Positions 53,991 to 64,000 of a stretch of DNA of 64,000 bases are shown here, in pieces; the first letter of the stretch is position 1; every line of letters begins with the position of its first letter. This DNA comes from the human T2T-CHM13v2.0 reference genome, Homo sapiens. A program made the translations under genes and the position numbers. The stretch lies in the NCBI RefSeq assembly GCF_009914755.1, contig NC_060934.1, one strand, 5' to 3'. Below the pieces are notes generated by a model that made no database searches, was not told the DNA's origin, and saw nothing but the letters and a program-made list of their open reading frames with translations.

Positions 53991-54674
53991 AAGATAATGC
54001 CTTTTCCTCTCCACCATGCCACCTCTCTCAGATGATCCTTGAGATCACTCAGCTCTTGGCCAACATCTGGGTTGACCCAATGGCTTAGTCAATGGACATA
54101 TTAACCAGCAATGTTCCCTAACCTCTCTCCAGTCAGCTCCAAACAGTCCCTTGTTCTTGCTCAGCTCCCTCCTCTCTCAGCACATCTCATTTGTCCAGCC
54201 CCAAGAGGGCTTGGGCTCTTCAGACCTCAGATCAGCAGCCTGCTCATTACCAGACCTGCTGCGTGCTTTCCCAAGTGCTTCACCATGACTAGCTCATGAT
54301 GACTAGCTCACCATGGATCATTGGTCCCCACTGATTCCCAATAACATCTGTTCTTCTTTAGGTCAAGACCCAGCCTCACTTCAAAACTCACTAGGAATGG
54401 ACCTCCCTTTTCTTTTCCCCTTTTAGAGCCCAGAGTAGTCATAGAGTAGTCTCTCATTAATATATTAATAGACTGTCAGAGCTAGCCCAGTACAATTTAT
54501 CACTACACCTGATTCATTTTAGTGAGGGAGACACTAACATCTGAAGCTCCATCGTGCATCATCCTGACCAACCTTTCATTTTACAGTGGGACAGTTCGAG
54601 ATCCAAAAGGCAGAAGTCCATTTTCTTTCTTCTCTTGGTCGGAAGAGCTTTGTAATGGTTGCCCTAAGTCTCTT

Positions 54675-55487
<813 letters not shown>

Positions 55488-56590
55488 TCTTGAAATGAAA
55501 TTTTAGCTCATCCTCTTATATCCTGAAGTGTTATCATTAGTTGTTGATTCGTTATTTACATACAACAACAGCAACAAAAAATTTTGATGTGTCCTATTTC
55601 TCTAGTAAGCCCAGTAAAATTATAAGGGCTTAAAGAGCAGACAAAATAGAAGATAGAGAAATAGACAGAAGAAAAATGAAAGGAAGAAAGGAGAAAATAC
55701 AGGTAGAATTGTGCATTTGTTTTCATCAGCTCAGAAAGGGTGACATCAATTAAAATTCTTCCATAGTAGTAGTAAAAATAACTACCATTGATTGTAAATA
55801 TACTAGGCATTAGGCACTCCTAAACATTCTCCAGCTATGACTTTATCGAATTCTTACAATTCCATGGATCAGGTACAGTTATCAGCCCCAAAAAGAGGAA
55901 AGTGATTCAACCTAGTGGTTGAACAATTAACTAAAGTTAGTATGTGATAGGACATTTCTAAACCCTAGACAAAAGCCTACCCTCTTCAACCTGACACTAC
56001 AGGCACCAGGAATTTTCTCTCCCTTCACTACAAACTTCCATAGGTACCTAGGAATATCAGCTTTAACATGACCTTACTGGCCCTGAAACCCAGAAATAGC
56101 AGTGAGATTGTAAATGGAAGAGCTTTAGTTAGGGATAGCTTGGCCAAAAAGGCAACATTCTATCTTCTCTTGGATTCCTGTGCGGCTGCGGATGCTTCAG
56201 AAACAGATGTTGAACACTGCTTAACTTCTGCCCTTCCCCCGCTAGAAAAACAGAAGGTTCTCTAGTTTCACATTAGCTGATTTCCCATTATGTAGACTGT
56301 CTGAGCCATCTTCATTCAATTTATTGCTACATTAGTCCCAAACCTGGCAATGGAAAATACATTAACTTTTAATAACACGCCTTTGATGACTCGTAGAAAT
56401 CGGTTTCTGCCAGCTCCTTCTTCCATTTATCCTTGTGGATCAGGGAGCAGTGGGGAAAATGGCAAATTAAACCTAATGTCATTCTACAGCTGAGAGAAAG
56501 AAAGGAATTTTGAGTTCATGGGACAACTTAAAAAATATAACTAGTGCTTAATCATCTGCTGGAAGCATATGGTAATAAGAAGTAACTTGT

Positions 56591-56636
56591 GGTGGGGTGC
56601 AGTGGCTCATGCCTGTAATCCCAGCACTTTGGGAGG
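56591..56636 (+). mobile_element. Isolated Alu 5' fragment (46 nt)
   Basis: ggtggggtgcagtggctcatgcctgtaatcccagcactttgggagg, then abruptly non-Alu sequence. Confidence 0.9.
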
Positions 56637-57013
56637 TACTGCACATACCTTTACTCAAAATCCTGACAAAGGCACAACTAGCAACAGGGTAAAAAGAACG
56701 TTACTTAGGAAATCTCTGGAGCTACATTTCCTGATCACAGCCCTGCTTTCCAAGGTGGGAAGCAATTTAGGTTTTATGTACTGCTATAATAGACCCGAAA
56801 TTAATTCAGCATCTAATCACAACAAAAGCCTTGAGAATCAATCCAATTTTAGTCAACATCATTATCATCACCATCAACAAATGTTTCTTGAGCATCTAGG
56901 ACACTAGATGCTGGGAATACAAAGAAGCCAGAACTCCTCTTTCTGCTCTGAGGGGGATTCAACAGAGAGAAAAGGAACAACGCATATTAGAATTCACTCA
57001 AAAGGTATTATAA

Positions 57014-58880
57014 AAGATGGCTGACTAGAGGCATCTGGAACTTGCCTTCTCCACAAATAAGAATCAAAACAGCAAGTAGATAATCATACACCAAATAGAT
57101 CATCTGAGAACACTGGAATTCAACAGGGGAATGACAGGAAACACCTAAAGCAAGGGAGGAGAGGGAGGCAAGGCAGCCTGCTCGGCTGGATGAGCTGGGA
57201 GCGAGGAGAGGCTCCCCAACATGGAGAAAGGTGAGTGAGTGACCCCAAAGGTCCACTGTCCCACCATAGACTCTGCAAGCCAAGCCTTGACTCTCATGGA
57301 CCAAGACTAACATAGGGAGCTGCCTGGAAACCATGAGACAGCATTGCCCCAGAGAGGGAACTCACTCTGGGTCCCACACACACTGTGAGCCTTAAGCAGC
57401 CACAGCAAGGTGCCATATCGAGAGCCCAATCTCAACCAGATTGCACCTTGCCCTTGGACCCAACAGCCCCTGCATCTTGAAATCCCTGAAACCTACCCAG
57501 AGCCCCCTTCACAGCTGGCTTCTGCTTCCAGAGCTGAAGCCATAAGCAAAGACTCTACTACACCCAGCAGTGAAGCCACAGCATATCTCCATGTACTCCA
57601 AGGACAATTCACCTGCCTGTAGGACTGCCACAACCAGGGCACTAGCAAAGTGCATGCTCCCCAGCCGTCTCCATATGGCTGCTGCTGCTGCTGAAAGCAA
57701 CCCCCCGCCTCCCCAGTAGCAGGGCTGCAGTGAAGCCACTGACTCCCCCACCAGAGAATTCCACCTTGGGCCTGAGGATCACACTGTCCCTGCCTACCAC
57801 AGTTTGTACACACCATCAGGGGCCCTTAAGACAGTTTTCCCTGGCCCAACAATGTCTTCTCAGTGATCAAGCACTCTGTCCATGGGCCTGGTGATGACCC
57901 AGCCCAATTCAATACTGTTGGCACCTGAACACCCCTCCCAGGGGCCTGAGGTCAGGTCCACTCAAACTGCCACGACCACCACAGTGGGCACCCACAAGCA
58001 CATGCTACCTGCAGACCTGGGGACAAGCCCACTCAGCCCATTGCAGCCACTGCCAAAACTAGCATGAACCGCTTGGGACCCAGAGGTTACTCCCACCACT
58101 GTTACTGCCATTGCCCATGTCACACTGGCTGCCCAGGGCCTAAGGACCCACCCACCCACTGAGCCCACCACTGCCACTACTGGCACCCAAGCAAGCCACT
58201 TGGAGACCTATGAATCAACCCACCTGGACCCGCTAACACCTGTGCTAGCATACGCTGCCCTGGGTCCAAAGGACAGGCACTCTGAGCCTACTGCTGCCAA
58301 CACTGGGGCCCAAGGACTTTCCCACCTGGTGTCCTGGTCCCAGGCAAAACTTTACTGCAGTCTGCATGAACAACTGTACACTAAGCTACTAAAGAAGTCA
58401 CAAACACCACTGATGTTCTTTATAGCCAAAGAAATCATAAGAAGACTCCACTGCTGCACACATCCAGAATCAGAGCCAAGTGCCCTACCCCCAACCAACA
58501 CCACAGGAAAAAGCCCTCCTCTACAAAAACAAATTCAAATAATTGAAAGAAGTGACTGTAACACCAGATATGCAGATATCAATGTAAGGAAAGAAGAAAC
58601 ATGAAAAAGCAAGGAAATATGATGCCTCCGAAGAAACATAATGATTTCCCAGCAACAGATTTCAATCCCAGATAAATCCCAGATAAATAATTCAAAATGA
58701 TGATATTAAAGAAACTCAGTGAGATACAAGAGAATAACAGAAAAATAATACAAAGGAATCAGAAAAACAATTCATATTGTGAATGAGAAATCTATCAAAG
58801 AGATAGATATTATAAAAAAATAACCAAACAGAAATTCTAGAACTGAAGAATTTATTAAGTGATATAAAACACATTCAAAA
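57014..58880 (+). mobile_element. Old L1 (L1M1/M2, L1MA-type) 5'UTR plus start of ORF1
   Basis: aagatggctgactagaggcat start, GC-rich UTR, ORF1-like atgaaaaagcaaggaaatatg at 58601, aagaaactcagtgagatacaagagaa. Confidence 0.85.
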
Positions 58881-58882
58881 GA

Positions 58883-60704
58883 AGGGGCTTCAAGAACGCT
58901 GACTAGAAGCATTTCATGCTCACCTTCTCTACTTTGAAAAGAGCCAAAATAATGTATAGACAAGCACACTTTATTCAAGAGAGAACACCAGAATTCAACA
59001 GAAAAGTGACAGGAAATACCAAAAGTAAAGAAGCATAAGAAAGAGTGGCAGCCTTATTGGGCGGGATCAGCTGCGAGTGACTTCTCAATGCTGGGAAGGT
59101 GGAAATGAGAGACTTCTAGCGGCCCACATCCTCACTATTGAACCATGCAATCCTGGCCACAGGAGATCCCCTCAACCTGCCACCCCAAGCCCTGAAACTA
59201 ACACAGGGAGCTGCCTGAAGACGGTGGGATGGAACCACTCCAAGGAGGCAGCTTCTGCTGAGACCCACACACTTTCCTAGACCTAAGCAGCTACAGCAAG
59301 ATGCCTGTTTCTAACCTAGCCTTTGGAAGACTGCATGCTCTCCTGGATCCCGGCAGCACTGGAACGGAAGCATTAGGAAAACTTGGGCTGTTGTTGCTGA
59401 GACTGGGACATGAGCTGGGAGAGTGCTTTCATAGCCAGGGTTGAGAAATGAGTGAGGCATGGGCTGTGGCTGCCAGTGCTGAAAAGTGAACACCACCAAC
59501 ACTGAGATTAGTACGCAGTGGGCATGAGTCGCCACTTGGACCTAGTTGCGAGCTGGGCAGGGACTCCTATCACCAGAGCTGAGGTGAGAGCTAGGGGGAA
59601 GGTACTGCCACCAGGGCTGGGGCGTGAGCCTCACCAGGACAGGGACATGAGAGGGATGCACACTCCCCACCCACTAGCCCAAGCTGTGGCCACCAAGGGT
59701 TGTCCAGCACTCTCCCGTGGCAGGGTCTCAGTGCAGCTGCTATCACCCTTCGCCCAAGCACTTCACCAGGATACTAAGAGACTTGCCCCTGCCAACCATG
59801 GCTGGTACCTGCTTTCACCTTTGGGAAGCCTGAGCACATGCCATCCCAGCACAGCTTAGCCATGCCATCTAAAACAGCATATAGCTGGGGGTCCTAGGGA
59901 TTGCCCAACCAGTCTACCACTTTGGGCACCTTAGCACTCATCCTGGAAGCCTGAGGTTGAGCCTGAACTCCTGGCTGCTACCACATCAGCTGACACCTAC
60001 CTGCAAGCACCGCCTGTGGTACTGGGGACTGGCCTACCCACCTCATCACAGACACCGCCAACATCAATGCATGCTGCTGGAGACCCAGAGAACATCCCAC
60101 CACTGCTACTGCCATTGCCCATACCACACCAGCTGCCCAGGGGCCTGAGAACTCACACACCTGCCTGGGGCACTGCTGCCACTACTGGCATCTGAGCAAG
60201 CACTTGGAGGCTTGAGAATCAGCCCGCTGGTGACTGCCAATACAGGTGCCAGCACACCCCACCCTGGGACACAAAGATAGGAACATTCAACCCACTGCTG
60301 CCAGCAATGGGGCCTGGAGACTGGCCCACCTGGCATCCCAGTCCCCAGCACAACTTCATCACAGCCTCCATAAATAACCACACCCTAACCCACCAAGGAA
60401 ATTACAGACACCACTAACATTGTTTACAGCCAAAGAAATCATGTAAAGACTGTACTACTGCACACACCCAGAATCAAAGCCAAAGCGCCCTACCCAACCA
60501 ACACTATAGACATGTCTGCAGGAAAAATTTCTTCTCTACGAAGGTAAATTCAAAAATAGAAAGAAATGACTGTTAGACCAGATGCACAGAATATCAACAT
60601 AAGGACACAAGAAACATGAAAAAGGAAGGAAAAATGGTACCTCCAAAGGAACACAATAATGATACTGCCATAAATCTTAATCAAAAAGAAATTTTATTTT
60701 CTTT

Positions 60705-60735
<31 letters not shown>

Positions 60736-61283
60736 GAGACAGGGTCTCGCTCTGTCACCAAGCCTGGAGTACAGTGGTATGATCATGGTTCACAGCAGGC
60801 TCAACCTCCCCAGGCTCAGTTGTTTCTCCCACCTCAGCCTCCTAAGTAGCTGAGACTACAGGCATATGCCACCACGCCCAGCTAATTTTTGTATGTTTTG
60901 TAGAGATGGGGTTTCACCATGTTGCCCAGGCTTGTCTCAAACTCTCTGGGCTCAAGCGATCCACCCACCTCAGCTTCCCAAAGTGTTGGGATTATAAAAG
61001 TGAGCCACTGCCTGGTCGAGATCTTTTTAAATAATCCATTCAGACAAAAATAGAGAAAAAAGAATGAACAATGGCTATAGTTAACAACAGTGTATTGTAT
61101 ATTATATATTTCAAAATATCAAGAAGAGAGGATTTGAAATGTTCCCAACCCAGAAATGATAAGTACTCAAAGTGATGGATACCCCAAACACCCTGAGTGG
61201 ATCACTACACAGTTTATGCTTGTAACAAAATATCACATGTACCCTGTAAATGTGTACAAATATTTGTATCAGTTTTTTTTTAA
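58883..61283 (+). mobile_element. Second old L1MA-type element: 5'UTR, ORF1 start, short ORF1 piece and 3' terminus, interior missing
   Basis: ggggcttcaaga..gctgactagaagcat start; ORF1-like atgaaaaaggaaggaaaaatggtacctccaaaggaacac at 60616; L1MA 3'UTR gaggatttgaaatgttccca...aaaatatcacatgtaccc...tgtatca at 61075-61283. Confidence 0.85.
60692..61017 (-). mobile_element. AluJ (Jb-like) with long poly(T), no TSD
   Basis: gagacagggtctcgctctgtcacc...ctcccacctcagcctc...gggctcaagcgatccaccc. Confidence 0.95.
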
Positions 61284-61329
61284 AGGTATTATGGGAGATA
61301 GGCTGGGACAGAGAAGGAAAGCCAGGAAG

Positions 61330-61660
61330 AAGAGACAGCATGAGCAAAAGCATGAAGATCAGAATTCAAAGAGGATGCTGCTAAGGTAAGAAGGATCATC
61401 TGTCTGTAGCACAGCGTTCGTGCCAGGGTTGGTATACAGAGGCCTGGAAGATGTTAAGAGACTATGATACTTCATCCTTTGGCACTAGGGAATCACTGAA
61501 GGTTCTAGAGTAGGAGAGTGATTTATGCAGAGTGCACTTAGGAAGATCTGCAGTGGGCTTGTGCAGCATGAGACCAGGAGAACTTAGTGTAAGAGGTACT
61601 CATTTGGAAATGGTCCCTGGGATAGGTAAGGCAGATACCTATCCCAGATACAGACTTGAG
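61330..61660 (-). mobile_element. L2 fragment
   Basis: cagcatgagcaaaagcatgaag...gggaatcactgaagggttctagagtaggagagtga. Confidence 0.6.
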
Positions 61661-62482
61661 GGTGGCCCATGGGAATGTGAAATAAAGGCCCACTATAGAT
61701 ACCAACAAAAATAAGATGTCCACAATTCCTTTCTATGTGCCTCTAAAATTATCTGTAACTTCCTACTTATCTTTCTACCAGTGACAATAAGACAACAGAA
61801 AGACCAGGTTGAAACCCTTCATTTTTCTCTCACTGATCCTATACTTTCAAACAACTTTCCTTTGATTTTGCTTTCCCTTAGTGTAATTTTTCAAATTTTT
61901 ATGTTTTACCATATTTGAAAAGAGGCCTTGTTTTAAACAATCCCATTTTAATAAGATATCTTCCTAAAGGAGACTTTAGGAAGGCTGTTTATTAAGTTGA
62001 TATTATCAACCAAATGTGCAGTTCTCTAAACAAAGATGATGATTAATGCAAAAGCAACTACAGGCAATTGAGGTTGGTTTGCTGCCTGGGGCTTTATTCT
62101 TTTAACTAGCACTGGAATAACTCTCGTCTCTGAAGGCCAATTACCTCCTCCAAACAATGGCAAAGCCAAATCCATTTAGTTTGGACATCCCCAAGTTATG
62201 AATGGGTTGTGTTCTAGAACATGAATTTGTCATTTGAGAGTCAGGCCAAACTTTCCCACAGAGGAAAAAAATGATCCATAGAACAAGCAGTGTAATGGCT
62301 CTGCAACAGGCACTTCTAACCTTTCATGTGGATTATTCCATTTATTCTTCACCACAAATTTTAAAAAGTTGGCATGATTATTATTGCTGTTTTTGTGAGG
62401 GGGAAACTGGGATGCAGAGCGTAAATATCTTCCCTCAGATTATACAAGTAAGAAATGTCAGCACCAATGGACCCGTGCTCTT

Positions 62483-62779
62483 GTTTGTTTGTGAGATGGG
62501 GTCTCCTTATGTCAACCAGGCTGGAGTGCAGTGGCATGATCCTAGTTCACTGTAGCTTTGACCTCCTGGACTCAAGCAATCCTCCCACTTGTCTCCCAAG
62601 TAGCTGAGACCACAGGCGCATGCCACCACACCCCGCTAATTTTTTTTTTTTTTTTTGTAGAAACTAGAGACAGAGTCTTGCTATGTTGCCCAGTCTGGTC
62701 TCAAACTCCTGGCCTGAAGCAATCCTACCTTGACCTCCCAAAGTGCTGGGATTACAGGTATTAGCCACCACACCCAACC
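62483..62779 (-). mobile_element. AluJ (Jo-like) inserted in a MIR
   Basis: Reverse dimer; TSD cgtgctctt 62474-62482 / catgctctt 62780-62788 at a TCTT/AA site. Confidence 0.93.
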
Positions 62780-62835
62780 CATGCTCTTAACCAGTGTTTG
62801 ATCCTGCCTTCTCTGGGGAGTAGGAAGTTTCTAAG

Positions 62836-62905
62836 TAGGGCCATGCATAGGGTGAGGCAGGTGAAGCACTTGCCTTGGGTGCAGAATTGAAGCGGCTGCA
62901 AAAAC
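62836..62905 (+). mobile_element. MER91-like hAT-Tip100 fragment
   Basis: agggcc...agggtgaggcaggtgaagcacttgccttgggtgcagaatt. Confidence 0.6.
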
Positions 62906-63614
62906 ACACAAATAAACACAAACCAATTTGGTAGGCCAGCCCCAGTCAGCCTTTTAAGTCTGCAGTGAAGCTTCCCTAACCTCCTCTCACACCACAGGGC
63001 TTGGTCAGCCTGGGCCATTCAACATACCCATCTTAAACTCATCAGTGGTCCTCAAACATGAGTTCCAGAATCACCTGCAGTTCTTGCCCCAACCCAAGAA
63101 ATTAGGATTTGGTCAGCCCAGGGTGGTTTTTGTACCACTCCCATCTGCAGCTGGCCTTCTGCCATTGACCCTCTGCCTGGCTGCTCAACTGAGATGGAGA
63201 GCCAAAACTGGACCAGGAATGAGCAGAGGGATGGTCAGCCTGAGAGCACAGCCACTTGGCCAGAAGAGCAGAGAGGGGGCGAGGAGGGATGAGAAATCAA
63301 GGACAGGCTTCTGGGGCAGCACAACCAGGCCAGCTCTGTCCATAGAGAAGGGTAGCACTATTAGTATAGAGAAATCTGGTGGAAAACCATTCAGAATTAG
63401 CTAATCTGGAATGGCCCTACAGACCATCTTCTTAAACAAATGCTACTTGCCATTACAATAAAACACACACTATAAAAACTAAGTGCAATGTTTAGATCAA
63501 ATTTCAAAATCTTTGTTTATCTATTTTTAAGTACTTCTTTGAATAATCAAAGGAATGGTATCTTTATCAACGTTTAACTCTTTCCCATTTTTCAGAGGCA
63601 AAAGTAGAAGCACG

Positions 63615-63775
63615 AAAGTTTAAAAGGCTAGCACATAAACCTAAAAAAATGGCTTGGTCTGGATCAGTAACAGTAGAGACAGAAAGAGCTAGGATATGTT
63701 TTAAGGGCAGAGCTAACCAGACTTGCTAATGGATTGATTGTGGGAAGTGAAAGAAAAGGAGAAGTGAAGGTAATT
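63615..63775 (-). mobile_element. L2 fragment
   Basis: ggatatgttttaagggcagagctaaccagacttgctaatggattg. Confidence 0.65.
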
Positions 63776-64000
63776 ACTGCCAAAGCACATGGAATCTATC
63801 CTAAGCCACCAAAAGCTTCTGGAGGCATATGGTTTAGCATTGCATTTAGAGCATGACATTGAAACTTCCACGTCACTTCTCCAAAGATAGCTACACCCCA
63901 AAGAGAAAAGTGTTGGTTACTCACTATTATCAAGTATCCACTCGGCGCTAAAATACTGGTAAGGGGCATTGTTAAACATAGCGTACAAGGAATAGAAGGG

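Noticed and set aside
57008-60381. Numerous 60-134 aa ORFs
   Set aside because: Expected in GC-richer old L1 5'UTR sequence; no homology recognised.

Overview
Primate (most likely human) non-coding genomic DNA, AT-rich and dominated by interspersed repeats. It contains three young L1PA 3' fragments, many older L1M pieces, about a dozen Alus, solo LTRs (THE1, MST, MLT1, LTR8-, LTR1- and MER66-type), MIR/L2 relics and small hAT elements. I find no intact host protein-coding gene. The long ORFs in the track are LINE-1 ORF2 remnants or repeat-derived noise. The main feature the ORF track misses is a processed pseudogene of mitochondrial ribosomal protein MRPL50 on the minus strand (17209-18218). 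It has a 13-bp TSD, one frameshift and one nonsense codon, and it is nested with an LTR8-type LTR inside an old L1. Other notable structure includes a perfect 26-bp fold-back inverted repeat in a MIR, tandem old L1 5' ends with large internal deletions, an inverted pair of 2.2-kb L1PA copies with near-identical truncation points, a 127-nt pure-purine/GGAA tract, and a locally CpG-rich promoter/first-exon candidate. I see no convincing evidence of a new biological system. Repeat subfamily names are recalled from consensus sequences, not from a RepeatMasker/Dfam run, and boundaries of old repeats are approximate.
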